Below, in pieces: positions 1-10,018 of a stretch of 64,000 nucleotides of DNA. The translations under genes were made by a program, and so were the position numbers. Source of the DNA: Desulfomonilia bacterium. GTDB taxonomy: Bacteria; Desulfobacterota; Desulfomonilia; UBA1062. The notes below the pieces were generated by a model. That model had not been told where the DNA came from. It saw only the letters and a list, made by a program, of their open reading frames with translations, and did no database searches. Location of the stretch: the NCBI GenBank assembly GCA_050014195.1, contig JBEKDT010000007.1:1-64000 (forward strand), written 5' to 3'. Position 1 is the first letter of the stretch. Each line of letters opens with the position of its first letter.

Positions 1-120
1 GGTGCCGAGCACATTCTTGGAGCGGACCATCCCCCCGTAGAACAGCCCGAGACCGGGTGTCATGACCATGACGAGTGCGGTCGCAACAAGCATCCAAGCT
101 GTATCACCTGAATTGATCAT
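1..120 (-). CDS. amtB: Ammonium transporter (Amt family), N-terminal part; runs off the window start
   Basis: Reverse complement translates [40 protein letters not shown], the typical Amt N-terminus. RBS-like AAAGGGG upstream; lies next to N-assimilation genes. Confidence 0.93.
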   Translation of the reverse strand, partial: MINSGDTAWMLVATALVMVMTPGLGLFYGGMVRSKNVLGT

Positions 121-158
121 GTGATATTCCCCTTTCATGTTTTATGACTCAACCGCAA

Positions 159-174
159 TGCAACAGGGGTGCCA
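159..174 (-). promoter_or_regulatory. sigma54 (-24/-12) promoter of amtB
   Basis: Minus strand reads TGGCAC-CCCTG-TTGCA, a perfect match to TGGCAC-N5-TTGCW, ~40 bp upstream of the ATG. Confidence 0.85.
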
Positions 175-240
175 TGCATGATGAAAATGGTTAACTTATT
201 GAATTAAAATGACTAAATGATCGTAGGACTGATAAGTGAA

Positions 241-285
241 TGTACAATAATGTTAATAATTATAATTTATGATACTAAAATGGAT
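241..285. promoter_or_regulatory. Putative tandem enhancer (bEBP binding) sites for the amtB promoter
   Basis: 241-255 reads TAACATTATTGTACA on the minus strand, 14/15 identical to 1983-1997. A weaker related site lies 30 bp away at 271-285. Confidence 0.55.
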
Positions 286-368
286 AAAAAAGGTATACAT
301 GTATCAAATATGTATATATATTGATAATCAAATTTCTGATATATAATGAGAAAGATGGGAGAAAAGAT

Positions 369-1889
369 ATGATGCCGTTCAGCTATGAAGACCTTGAGGT
401 GCTCCATGACCTTGCGAAGATACTCGCATCAACGGTTGATCTCAGGGAACAGCTTGAAAAGGTCCTCAACGAACTCAGCACCAGTACAGGCACGAACAGG
501 GGTATGATCTCCATTCTTGATCGTGACAGCGGAGTTGCCATACTCGATGTAGCGCACGGCATTGATATCGACGGCCTCGAAATCACGTATATGCCCGGTG
601 AGGGGATCACCGGCCAGGTAGCCCAGACAGGAAAACCCATGGTCATCACCAACCTCGGGAAGGATAAACACTTTCTTGACAGGACCGGTGCCCGGAAATA
701 CCTGAACCAATCAGAACTCTCGTTCTTGTGCGTGCCTATTATTTATGATGATAAGGTCGTGGGCGTACTGTCAGCCGACAAGGTTGCACGCGAAGTCGAC
801 AATCAGGAATATGAGCTGCAGTTGTTAGGTGAGGTGGCGGAGCTGATCGCCAAGGCCGTGCATATGAGAGCCATTGAGGAAGAAAACCGTAAGTTGCGAA
901 ATATCCTCGGGAAGACCCAGCGGCCCTCGGATGAGATTATCGGTAATTCCAAGACCATGAAAGAGGTCTTTGGTCTCATCTCCCAGGTGGCAGATTCAAA
1001 CACCACCGTGCTCATCCATGGTGAGACCGGCACGGGAAAAGAACTGGTGGCGCGTGCCATACACAAAAACAGCCCCAGGACAAATGGCCCCTTCATAGAG
1101 GTAAACTGTGCGGCTATGCCGGATACGTTGATTGAGAGCGAGCTGTTCGGGCACGAAAAAGGTGCCTTTACCGGGGCTAATCAGAAGAGACGTGGACGTT
1201 TTGAAGAGGCCACCGGAGGAACGATCTTTCTCGATGAGGTAGGAGAGCTCTCGCCGCTGGCTCAGGCCAAGCTATTGCGTGTTATACAGGAACGCCAATT
1301 CCAACCGCTCGGCTCAAGCAACATGGTCAAGGTCAATGTAAGGATCATTACTGCTACAAACCGCGATCTCGACCAGGATGTTGCATCAGGCAAGTTTAGG
1401 TCCGATCTCTATTATAGACTCAACGTGTTCCCAATCTATATGCCCCCCTTGCGGGATCGGGGAGGGGATATCATACTGCTGGCCGATTACTTTGTGGAGA
1501 AATATTCCAAGCAGTTCAAGAAATCCATCAAGCGCATCTCTACACCTGCCATAGACCTTCTGCTCGCTTATCATTGGCCGGGCAATGTGCGAGAACTTGA
1601 GAACAGCCTCGAGAGAGCGGTATTGCTGGCCGGCAGCGATACCATAGACAGCGTCTATCTCCCTCCATCACTCCAAATGAAGGTGGCAACCCCTGAGAAG
1701 AAACAACACGGCAAGCTTATAAGCCTTGTAAACACCTATGAGCGGTCTCTGATCATCGACGCGATGAAAGATACCAAGGGCAATCAGAGCCAGGCAGCCA
1801 GGCTGCTTGGGACAACCAAACGGATCATCCAATACAAGGTTGAGAAATACAGCATCGATACAAAAAGGTTTAAAGCAAAGAAATCTTAA
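369..1889 (+). CDS. NifA-like sigma54-dependent activator (GAF + AAA+ + Fis-type HTH)
   Basis: N-terminal GAF ([13 protein letters not shown]), Walker [42 protein letters not shown]-terminal [11 protein letters not shown]. Start chosen at ATG 369 after GGGAG; the ORF track starts at 321. Confidence 0.93.
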   Translation: MMPFSYEDLEVLHDLAKILASTVDLREQLEKVLNELSTSTGTNRGMISILDRDSGVAILDVAHGIDIDGLEITYMPGEGITGQVAQTGKPMVITNLGKDKHFLDRTGARKYLNQSELSFLCVPIIYDDKVVGVLSADKVAREVDNQEYELQLLGEVAELIAKAVHMRAIEEENRKLRNILGKTQRPSDEIIGNSKTMKEVFGLISQVADSNTTVLIHGETGTGKELVARAIHKNSPRTNGPFIEVNCAAMPDTLIESELFGHEKGAFTGANQKRRGRFEEATGGTIFLDEVGELSPLAQAKLLRVIQERQFQPLGSSNMVKVNVRIITATNRDLDQDVASGKFRSDLYYRLNVFPIYMPPLRDRGGDIILLADYFVEKYSKQFKKSIKRISTPAIDLLLAYHWPGNVRELENSLERAVLLAGSDTIDSVYLPPSLQMKVATPEKKQHGKLISLVNTYERSLIIDAMKDTKGNQSQAARLLGTTKRIIQYKVEKYSIDTKRFKAKKS

Positions 1890-1982
1890 TATGGCACTAT
1901 CGGTAGTATCCCTATTTCAGGAATTGTATTATAAGTCCAGGTTAAATATCGATATTCAAGAGGCTTAATCCGAGATTATTTA

Positions 1983-2025
1983 TAACAATATTGTACAAAT
2001 TGATTTCTTCTACACAATAATGATC
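1983..2025. promoter_or_regulatory. Putative tandem enhancer sites for the glutamate synthase operon
   Basis: TAACAATATTGTACA (palindromic core ACAATATTGT), with ACAATAATGA 29 bp downstream; matches the site upstream of amtB. Confidence 0.55.
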
Positions 2026-2169
2026 CATACGAACAGCAATATTTCTCCATATTCAAAAATGCTTCACAGCATCTATCCATAAGCGAATCTTCTAAGTAAC
2101 AAATAACATTTGATATATTTATATTATATGGGTACCTGAAACATGAGATTGATTGTTTAAATGAACCTA

Positions 2170-2185
2170 TGGCATGGTTCTGGCA
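2170..2185 (+). promoter_or_regulatory. sigma54 promoter of the glt/glnA operon
   Basis: TGGCAT-GGTTC-TGGCA (GG-N10-GC spacing), 36 bp upstream of a GTG start with AGGAGG RBS. Confidence 0.7.
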
Positions 2186-2221
2186 CTCTAAAGTAAGAAG
2201 TATAGAAACAGGAGGCTGGAC

Positions 2222-3352
2222 GTGTGCCGTTTGTTCGCCATCACCAGTGAAGAACCTCAATCACCGATGACTGCTTTGCAAGCATTAAACGTGATGAAAG
2301 AAGGTCATGACGGATCCGGAGTAGGAATTTTCATGACGGATCTTGGCGGAGATCTTGAGCAGTTCAAGGGATCACCGATCCTCTCGGGAATTTTCTCGCA
2401 GGATGGTATCAGGAAACTCGATCGATATATGATGGAGCTCGGCCTGCTGACCAAGTTCAAGCTTTCCATACGTCCCACAAAAAAACCGCCGGAAGGAACT
2501 CCGAAACGTGATGTGTATCTTATCCGCGTCTATGAATACCCGTATGAATGGGAAGGGATGAGCAGTGAGGAAACTGCAAACCGACTCATGAAAATTCGGG
2601 TGGACTTGAGGAATATGGGCGAGGAAGACCAGTCAATGATGGTATTTTCCTTTTGGCCCGATGTGATCATGATCAAGGAAGTAGGTGACCCTTTAGAAGT
2701 TGCAGATTACCTTGGGCTTGACCTTAAGGGCTTAAAGGCCAGAATCATCCTGGCCCAGGGCAGGCAGAATACGAATTATGGTATTACCCTTTATGCCTGC
2801 CATCCGTTTTTTATCCAAGGTTATGCCACCATGACCAATGGCGAAAACACTGCGTTTATCCCTATCAAAGAATATCTTATTTCCAGGGGTTTCCCAGGCT
2901 ATATGGGTTACCAATCGGATTCCGAGGTGTTTACGCATATACTTCACTATAGCAAGAACATCCTTGGTCTTGGATTACAAGAATACAAGCACATCATCAC
3001 ACCTTTGAAGGACGAGGAGCTTCTGAGGCACCCCGATGGGCCGTTTTTACGCCATCTTAAGCATTCTTGCAGGTTCCTCACCATTGACGGCCCGAACTGC
3101 GTCATCGGGTGTCTTCCCGACAAAACACTCTTTATGGTCCAGGATTCTAAGAAGCTGAGACCGGGTATTGTGGGAGGAAAGCCTGGCGTTTTCGCCTTTT
3201 CTTCAGAGATGTGCGGCCTTGAAGAGGCCATCCCCGACCGTGATAAAAGCCAAGAGTTTCAACCCATGAAGTATGACATTGCATATGTTGACTCTACGCG
3301 CACAGAGGTAAAGAGATGGAACCAGTGGGAACCCTGCACCCGTCCGCATTGA
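2222..3352 (+). CDS. Class II glutamine amidotransferase; stand-alone GltB1-type domain of a split glutamate synthase
   Basis: N-terminal M-C-R-L-F (Ntn Cys), GHDGSG, QGRQNTN, CHPF, TNGEN, SDSEV, DGP, KKLRP. Confidence 0.88.
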   Translation: MCRLFAITSEEPQSPMTALQALNVMKEGHDGSGVGIFMTDLGGDLEQFKGSPILSGIFSQDGIRKLDRYMMELGLLTKFKLSIRPTKKPPEGTPKRDVYLIRVYEYPYEWEGMSSEETANRLMKIRVDLRNMGEEDQSMMVFSFWPDVIMIKEVGDPLEVADYLGLDLKGLKARIILAQGRQNTNYGITLYACHPFFIQGYATMTNGENTAFIPIKEYLISRGFPGYMGYQSDSEVFTHILHYSKNILGLGLQEYKHIITPLKDEELLRHPDGPFLRHLKHSCRFLTIDGPNCVIGCLPDKTLFMVQDSKKLRPGIVGGKPGVFAFSSEMCGLEEAIPDRDKSQEFQPMKYDIAYVDSTRTEVKRWNQWEPCTRPH

Positions 3353-4950
3353 GCGTTCGCGATCTGATTTGGCGGATCCTGTGGGACAAAGAAAAATGTA
3401 CATTGTGCGGTAAATGCACGGCCGTATGTCCGGTGCGGGCCATCGAGATTGGTGTTCATCGCAAGAGGACCGTGGATATTCCCATCGGGCTCCAGACAAA
3501 ACCGGCCAACGTATATCAGGTATATCACGGAATCGATCAGGTCACTGACCTCGCGCATAGCTGCATCGGATGCGGCATGTGCACGTATGTCTGCCCCAAC
3601 AGTGCCATATTTGCCGTACGAAACGACGAGATAGACAAGCTTAGATTCCATCTCAACCAGGGTGGTGAACCGAGGAGAAGAGGGGGCAGAAGAAATGACC
3701 CCGGCAGCATCCTCGATCGATTCAAGTTCGTGAGGATATCCATGCTCACCGACCCTGCCCTGGATGCCGGCCGACACGAATTCGAGGTGAGAACACTCCT
3801 CGGCAGGATCCTTCCTCCGGAGGAAGTAGTAAGGGCAACATATGAAAATGAGTGGATACCGCCCGTCCGCGAGATCTATCCGCTCATCATCGGAGGAATG
3901 TCATTTGGCGCCCTTTCTCCCAATATGTGGGAAGGACTCCAGATGGGTGTTGCATATTTGAATGAAGAGCTTGGAATGCCGGTAAGGATGTGTACCGGTG
4001 AGGGCGGCTGCCCCCCGCGCCTTTTGAGATCGAGGTTTCTCAAGTATGTGATACTCCAGATTGCAAGCGGATATTTTGGTTGGGATGAGATTATTCACGC
4101 ACTGCCTGAAATGAAGGAAGACCCCTGCGCCATTGAAATCAAGTACGGACAGGGTGCAAAGCCCGGTGACGGCGGGCTTCTCATGTGGTACAAGGTCAAC
4201 AAGCTTATCGCCGCCATCCGCGGTGTACCGGCGGGTGTAAGCCTTCCGTCTCCTCCCACACACCAAACTAAGTATTCCATCGAGGAGTCGGTGGCAAAGA
4301 TGATCCAGTCCATGTATATGGTATGGGGATTCAGGGTGCCGGTGTACCCGAAGATATCCGCTACGACCACCTCGCTTGCCGTGCTGAATAATCTGGCCAG
4401 GAACCCCTATGCTGCGGCATTGGCCATTGATGGTGAAGACGGCGGGACCGGGGCTGCTTATAATGTCTCCATGAACCATATGGGTCATCCGATAGCAAGC
4501 AACATAAGGGATGCCTACTTAACTCTCGTCAAGATCGGCAAACAGAACGAAATCCCACTGTTCGCAGGTGGAGGTATCGGTAAGAACGGCAATCTTGCCG
4601 CCAATGCTGCGGCATTGATCATGCTGGGTGCCAGCGGTGTACAGGTGGGCAAATACATCATGCAGGCGGCAGGAGGCTGTGTCGGTTCAGAAAACGACCG
4701 CTGCAACATCTGCAACATCGGATTGTGCCCGAAGGGAATTACCTCCCAAGACCCAAGGATCTACAGGAGGTTGGACCCTGAAAATGTTGCCCAGAGAATT
4801 GTAGATGTTTTTCTAAGCTTCGATTCAGAACTAAAGAAGATCCTTGCGCCTCTCGGGAGGTCAACATCTCTACCCATCGGTATGTCGGACGCCTTAGGTA
4901 TTGACGACCGTGATGCAGCAGAGCGCTTAGGCATTCGGCATGTAGTATGA
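3316..4950 (+). CDS. Glutamate synthase FMN-binding subunit (GltB2-type) with N-terminal 2x[4Fe-4S] domain
   Basis: Two CxxCxxCxxxCP motifs, GGMSFGALS, TGEGG, QIASGYFG, EIKYGQGAKPGDGG, DGEDGGTGA, C-terminal Cys cluster with CPKGITSQDP. Confidence 0.92.
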   Translation: MEPVGTLHPSALSVRDLIWRILWDKEKCTLCGKCTAVCPVRAIEIGVHRKRTVDIPIGLQTKPANVYQVYHGIDQVTDLAHSCIGCGMCTYVCPNSAIFAVRNDEIDKLRFHLNQGGEPRRRGGRRNDPGSILDRFKFVRISMLTDPALDAGRHEFEVRTLLGRILPPEEVVRATYENEWIPPVREIYPLIIGGMSFGALSPNMWEGLQMGVAYLNEELGMPVRMCTGEGGCPPRLLRSRFLKYVILQIASGYFGWDEIIHALPEMKEDPCAIEIKYGQGAKPGDGGLLMWYKVNKLIAAIRGVPAGVSLPSPPTHQTKYSIEESVAKMIQSMYMVWGFRVPVYPKISATTTSLAVLNNLARNPYAAALAIDGEDGGTGAAYNVSMNHMGHPIASNIRDAYLTLVKIGKQNEIPLFAGGGIGKNGNLAANAAALIMLGASGVQVGKYIMQAAGGCVGSENDRCNICNIGLCPKGITSQDPRIYRRLDPENVAQRIVDVFLSFDSELKKILAPLGRSTSLPIGMSDALGIDDRDAAERLGIRHVV

Positions 4951-5011
4951 AAAGATAAACACGACAAGCTAACAATAAAGGATACGGAGGAATTCACTTT
5001 AGGGATAACGT

Positions 5012-7348
5012 ATGATTCAACATGGGAAAATAGTGATTTCCGGCATGGAAGACGGGAAGAGGGTGCAATCCCGAGTTCTTGAGGAACGCATCCAGCAGGC
5101 AGTCCTGAGCGGCCGTCTCAATATTGAGGTCAAGGCCTACGGTCAACATGGAATAGGCGGAAGACTCTGGAATACCAATTCCAAGTCGGTAAAAGTGGAT
5201 ATCTACGGATATCCGGGCCAGCGCATCGGGTCCATGGGTTCACCGCATACTACCATAGAGGTGCACGGACCCGGGTCCGATGATGTAGGCTGGCTCAATG
5301 CAGGTGCCCGGATCATCGTTCATGGTGCTGCCACCAACGGTGTTGCCAATGCCATGGCAGAGGGAAAGGTCTATATTGCCGGCGATATCGGCGCCCGGGG
5401 CATGACCATGACCAAGAGCAACCCCCACTTTACCCCGCCAGAGCTTTGGGTGCTTGGGGGTGTGGGAGATTCCTTTGCCGAGTTCATGGCCGGCGGTATA
5501 GCCGTAATATGCGGATGCGGATCTCAATACCGGAAGAACATCCTGGGTCAGCGGCCGTGTGTCGGCATGGTGGGAGGTAAGATCTTCTTCCGGGGCACGC
5601 AAAAGAGCTTCAGTGAGGCCGATGCCAAGCTCATCCGCATTACGGATGAAGAGTGGAACTGGCTTAAGGAGAATTTGAAGGAATTTCTCAAAGGCATTAA
5701 GAAAAACGAGAAATATGATCTCCTCATCACGGATCGCTCCCAGTGGCAGCTCCTGGCGGCACGTCTCCCTTCCGAAAAGCTTGCGTCCAAAAGGATCAGC
5801 ATGGGTCAGTTCCGCTCAGAGGTATGGGAGAAGGAGCTGGGAAAAGGCGGCCTCATCGGCGACCTCACTGATATCGATAGAACCCCCATACCTTTAATTG
5901 CAACCGGAGAGATGCGCAGATTCATCCCTTTATGGGAGAACGGGAAATACCTCCCCCCCTGTCAGGCAAGCTGCCCCACCGGTATACCGGTACAGCAGAG
6001 ATGGGCGCATATCAGGAAGGGCGCCGTAGATGAAGCGGTTGATCTCTCACTTCGATACACGCCGTTCCCTACCACTGTCTGCGGGTATCTGTGTCCTAAC
6101 CTCTGCATGGAAAACTGCACTCGCGGCAGAAATAACATGGCCCCCATAGACACGGTGCTGCTGGGAAAGGCGAGTCTTAATGCGAAGGAGCCGAAGCCGC
6201 TGGCCCCCACCGGCAGGAAGGTCGCTATCCTTGGAGGAGGACCTGCAGGTCTTTCTGTGGCGTGGCAGCTGTGGCTGAAAGGTCATGAACCGGTGGTGTT
6301 CGACAAGGCCCATGACCTGGGTGGAAAGATCAGGAGCGTAATCCCCTTCAGCAGGATACCCAAAGAGGTTTTCGAACACGAGCTCAAGCGGGTCATAGAA
6401 AAGATAAAGAGAGAGTATATCGGACCCGAGGGGATCACTGAAGAGTTGTTCATGGATATACATGACCGCTATGAATATATCGTCGTTGCAGTGGGAGCGC
6501 AAAACCCGAGGGAGCTGAAGATCAAGGGATACGATAAAGCCATATCAGCCCTTGATTTCTTAAGGTGCGCAAAAGACGATAATATTGAGGTCGGCAAACA
6601 TGTGGTCATCATCGGGGCCGGAAACGTGGGTTGCGATGCAGCCACGGAGGCAAGCCGTCTTGGCGCCAAGGACATAACCCTCATCGACGTTCAGAAACCT
6701 GCCTCATTCGGCAAAGAGCGCCAGGCTGCCGAAGCAGTGGGTGCCAAGTTTAAATGGCCTGTATCAGCCGAGGCGATCACGAAAAAGGGTGTGGTACTCT
6801 CCACGGGCGAAATCCTGCCTGCCGACATAGTCATTATCTCCATCGGAGACAAACCCGACTTGGGCTTTTTGCCTGCAACTATTGACACCGAGGCCGGGTT
6901 TATCAAGGTCAACGAATCCTTCCAGACATCCGATCCTCAAGTATTCGCCATCGGTGATAATGTCAAGCAAGGACTCATAACCGATGCGATCGGTGCCGGG
7001 AGGAGGGTTGCAGGAACCATCGACACATTCATCAGGGGAATGGAAGAGGAATACGACCAGTTACCGGCTATTAATCCGGCCCGCGTGAAACTGGAATATT
7101 ACGACCCGGCAATCAAAGATTTTCCTGATATCCAGGTATGTTCAATACAGTGCGCCTCCTGCGGAGGGTGCCGCGACTGCGGCCTGTGTGAATCCTTGTG
7201 TCCGCAACAGGCTATCTCACGGAGGTCACTTCAGGACGACGGATATGAGTATGTGGTGGATGAGGAGCGTTGCATCGGATGCGGCTTCTGTGCCGGGGCC
7301 TGTCCGTGCGGCATCTGGGAGTTGAAGGAGAATTATTCCATTGGTTAA
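5012..7348 (+). CDS. Fusion of GltB3 (GXGXG beta-helix) domain, GltD-like FAD/NAD(P)H oxidoreductase and C-terminal ferredoxin
   Basis: GXGXG repeats (GQHGIGG, FAEFMAGG, CVGMVGG), PPCQASCP, CGYLCPNLC, GGGPAG, GAGNVGCD, FAIGD, and two C-terminal [4Fe-4S] motifs. Confidence 0.9.
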   Translation: MIQHGKIVISGMEDGKRVQSRVLEERIQQAVLSGRLNIEVKAYGQHGIGGRLWNTNSKSVKVDIYGYPGQRIGSMGSPHTTIEVHGPGSDDVGWLNAGARIIVHGAATNGVANAMAEGKVYIAGDIGARGMTMTKSNPHFTPPELWVLGGVGDSFAEFMAGGIAVICGCGSQYRKNILGQRPCVGMVGGKIFFRGTQKSFSEADAKLIRITDEEWNWLKENLKEFLKGIKKNEKYDLLITDRSQWQLLAARLPSEKLASKRISMGQFRSEVWEKELGKGGLIGDLTDIDRTPIPLIATGEMRRFIPLWENGKYLPPCQASCPTGIPVQQRWAHIRKGAVDEAVDLSLRYTPFPTTVCGYLCPNLCMENCTRGRNNMAPIDTVLLGKASLNAKEPKPLAPTGRKVAILGGGPAGLSVAWQLWLKGHEPVVFDKAHDLGGKIRSVIPFSRIPKEVFEHELKRVIEKIKREYIGPEGITEELFMDIHDRYEYIVVAVGAQNPRELKIKGYDKAISALDFLRCAKDDNIEVGKHVVIIGAGNVGCDAATEASRLGAKDITLIDVQKPASFGKERQAAEAVGAKFKWPVSAEAITKKGVVLSTGEILPADIVIISIGDKPDLGFLPATIDTEAGFIKVNESFQTSDPQVFAIGDNVKQGLITDAIGAGRRVAGTIDTFIRGMEEEYDQLPAINPARVKLEYYDPAIKDFPDIQVCSIQCASCGGCRDCGLCESLCPQQAISRRSLQDDGYEYVVDEERCIGCGFCAGACPCGIWELKENYSIG

Positions 7349-7405
7349 AGCCGGCAATTTCCTGTAGGGGATATGCCATAAATAAAAACTACGGAGGATG
7401 GATAC

Positions 7406-8737
7406 ATGTTTAATTGCAAGACAAGTAATGATGTTTTAAAGGCGGTTAAGGAAAATAAGGTCAGTTTCATCCAGTTTTGGTTCACCGATGTTCTCGGCAG
7501 GCTCAAGAGCTTCAACATCACTCCATCTGAGTTGGAGGAAGGACTCGACGAAGGCATGGGGTTTGACGGATCGTCCATTGAAGGTTTTGCCCGCATCCAT
7601 GAGAGCGACATGATTGCCAAGCCCGATGTAACAACCTTTCAGCTCGTTCCCTGGAGACCGACCGAGAAGCCAGTTGCACGTATGATCTGCGACATCCTTA
7701 ACCCTGATGGGACTCCGTATGATGGCGACCCGCGCTATGCACTCAAGAGGGTTCTGAAAAAGGCAGCTGACAAAGGTTACACCTGCTACCTGGGGCCTGA
7801 GCTCGAGTACTTCTACTTTGCCGATGATAAATCCACCCAGATCCTTGACAAGGGCGGTTACTTCGATGGTCTACCCATCGATGCAGGCACCGAGATGAGA
7901 AGAGAGACCATCTTTGCGCTTCAGAGCATGGGCTACGGTGTGGAGTACAGTCACCACGAGGTTGCACCCTCCCAGCATGAGATCGACCTAAAGTATGCGG
8001 ATGCCCTCAGGATGTCGGACATCGTCATGACCTACCGCACCGCGGTCAAGGAAATAGCCCGGCAGAAGGGCGTATACGCAACCTTCATGCCCAAGCCTAT
8101 TGCAGGAGAGAACGGCAGCGGCATGCATGTCCACCAGTCTTTGTTCAAGGGCAAAGAAAATGCCTTCTTCGACATCAAGGACAAGTACCATCTCTCGAAG
8201 ATCGGCAAATACTACATTGCAGGTATTCTTACACACGCCCCTGAGATCTGTGCAGTTACCAACCAGTGGGTGAATTCCTACAAGCGGCTTGTCCCCGGCT
8301 ATGAGGCACCTGTTTATGTATCCTGGGCCCGCAGGAACCGTTCAGCCATGGTTCGCGTCCCCATGTACAAACCCGGCAAGGCCAATGCAACGAGGGCTGA
8401 ATTCAGGGCACCGGACCCGGCCTGCAACCCGTACCTCGCCTTTGCGGTACAGATCGCAGCGGGTCTCGAAGGCATTGACAAAAAATACACCTTGCCAGAG
8501 CCTATAGAGGAAGATATCTTCGAAATGGACGAGAAGGCCCGCAAAAAGGCCGGCATCACCTCTCTGCCCGGCAGCCTTTTCGAGGCCATCCAGGAGGTGT
8601 CCAAGAGCAAGCTCGTGAGAAATGCACTCGGCGACCATATCTTCGATAAATTCATTGAGAACAAAATAAAGGAATGGGACAACTTCCGCATCCACGTCAG
8701 CAAGTATGAGATTGACACATACCTCCCTGTGCTATAG
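7406..8737 (+). CDS. glnA: Glutamine synthetase type I (alpha-like, 443 aa)
   Basis: FDGSSIEGF, HHEVAPSQHEI, ATFMPKP, NGSGMHVHQSL, NSYKRLVPGYEAP, RNRS, EFRAPDPACNPYL. Confidence 0.97.
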   Translation: MFNCKTSNDVLKAVKENKVSFIQFWFTDVLGRLKSFNITPSELEEGLDEGMGFDGSSIEGFARIHESDMIAKPDVTTFQLVPWRPTEKPVARMICDILNPDGTPYDGDPRYALKRVLKKAADKGYTCYLGPELEYFYFADDKSTQILDKGGYFDGLPIDAGTEMRRETIFALQSMGYGVEYSHHEVAPSQHEIDLKYADALRMSDIVMTYRTAVKEIARQKGVYATFMPKPIAGENGSGMHVHQSLFKGKENAFFDIKDKYHLSKIGKYYIAGILTHAPEICAVTNQWVNSYKRLVPGYEAPVYVSWARRNRSAMVRVPMYKPGKANATRAEFRAPDPACNPYLAFAVQIAAGLEGIDKKYTLPEPIEEDIFEMDEKARKKAGITSLPGSLFEAIQEVSKSKLVRNALGDHIFDKFIENKIKEWDNFRIHVSKYEIDTYLPVL

Positions 8738-8748
8738 ATGAAGACCAG

Positions 8749-8776
8749 GCTGCCCGGGCGCCAAAGTCCGGGCAGC
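8749..8776. terminator. GC-rich stem-loop after glnA
   Basis: GCTGCCCGG-N10-CCGGGCAGC. No good U-tract on the plus strand; an A-rich run follows. Confidence 0.5.
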
Positions 8777-8817
8777 TTAAAAACAAAAAAGACGATAACT
8801 AGACAGGAGCTAGGCAG

Positions 8818-9960
8818 TTGTTTGGAAAGGCAAAGAAACCTGCTGTTCTGGTACTGGAAGACGGTACCATTTTCAGCGGGAGTGCTTTTGCCGGCTCCGG
8901 AGAGCACTTCGGCGAGGTCGTATTCAACACCGGCATGACCGGTTACCAGGAAATCCTCACTGACCCTTCCTATAAAGAACAGATCCTTGTCATGACCTAT
9001 CCCCTTGTCGGGAACTATGGGATAAATGACGAAGATATGGAATCCTCCTGTATCCACATGGAGGGCTTCATCGTGAGGGAATACCAGGGTTACCCCAGCA
9101 ACTTCAGATCGAAAAAGACCTTGGCCGAATTTTTGGAAGATCATGGAAGGATGGGTCTTGAAGGCATTGACACAAGGGCCCTGACACGCCGGTTACGTAC
9201 CCACGGGGCTATGCGCGGTGTGCTCTCGACGAAGGTAGGGAGCATCGACGAGCTCCTTGAAAAGGTAAGGGAGTATCCCGGGCTTGAAGGTAGAGATATC
9301 GTGAAGGATGTTACCTGTCATAAGCCTTATCTCTGGTGTGAAAATGCTCAAATGCCCATAAAAGTGAGACAGGCAAAATCAAAAAGGTTCCGAGTGGTTG
9401 TCATAGACTGTGGAGTAAAGCTCAATATATTGAGGATGCTCGAAGTGCATGGTTGTGAAGTCTTCGTTGTTCCCGCAAAGACATCATCCCAGTCGATCAT
9501 GTCCATGAATCCGGATGGTGTGCTCCTCTCCAACGGACCAGGCGACCCGGCACCTCTCTCATACCTCATTAATACCGTGAAAGAGCTTATTGGAAGGATT
9601 CCCATATTCGGCATCTGTCTGGGACATCAAATCCTGGGCCAGGCTGTAGGCGGAAAAACCGCAAAACTGAAATTCGGGCATCACGGCATCAACCAGCCTG
9701 TCAAAAACATGAAGACCGGCAGGGTGGAGGTCTCGTCCCAGAACCACGGATTTGTTGTTCTCACCGATACATTGCCGAAAGATACCCAGGTTACCCACAT
9801 CAATTTGAATGACAATACGCTGGAAGGGCTCAGCTACCCGGGTATGAATGCTTTCAGTGTGCAATATCACCCCGAGGCTGCACCGGGTCCGAAAGATTCT
9901 ACTTATCTGTTCCGTGAATTTATCGAACTGATGGAACAAAATACCGTGAGGGCAGCCTAG
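8818..9960 (+). CDS. carA: Carbamoyl-phosphate synthase small subunit
   Basis: GEVVFNTGMTGYQEILTDPSY, LSNGPGDP, FGICLGHQ, SQNHGF, VQYHPEAAPGP. TTG start after AGGAG. Confidence 0.97.
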   Translation: MFGKAKKPAVLVLEDGTIFSGSAFAGSGEHFGEVVFNTGMTGYQEILTDPSYKEQILVMTYPLVGNYGINDEDMESSCIHMEGFIVREYQGYPSNFRSKKTLAEFLEDHGRMGLEGIDTRALTRRLRTHGAMRGVLSTKVGSIDELLEKVREYPGLEGRDIVKDVTCHKPYLWCENAQMPIKVRQAKSKRFRVVVIDCGVKLNILRMLEVHGCEVFVVPAKTSSQSIMSMNPDGVLLSNGPGDPAPLSYLINTVKELIGRIPIFGICLGHQILGQAVGGKTAKLKFGHHGINQPVKNMKTGRVEVSSQNHGFVVLTDTLPKDTQVTHINLNDNTLEGLSYPGMNAFSVQYHPEAAPGPKDSTYLFREFIELMEQNTVRAA

Positions 9961-10018
9961 ACACTTGCCGTTAATACTGTTTAGAAGGTATTCAGGGCAA
10001 CCCAAAAGGTGCATATGA

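Noticed and set aside
369-1889. Calling the activator nifA and inferring nitrogen fixation
   Set aside because: No nif genes are in the window; the architecture is shared by many enhancer-binding proteins.
1892-1907. TGGCAC after the activator gene as a sigma54 promoter
   Set aside because: There is no GC at the -12 position.
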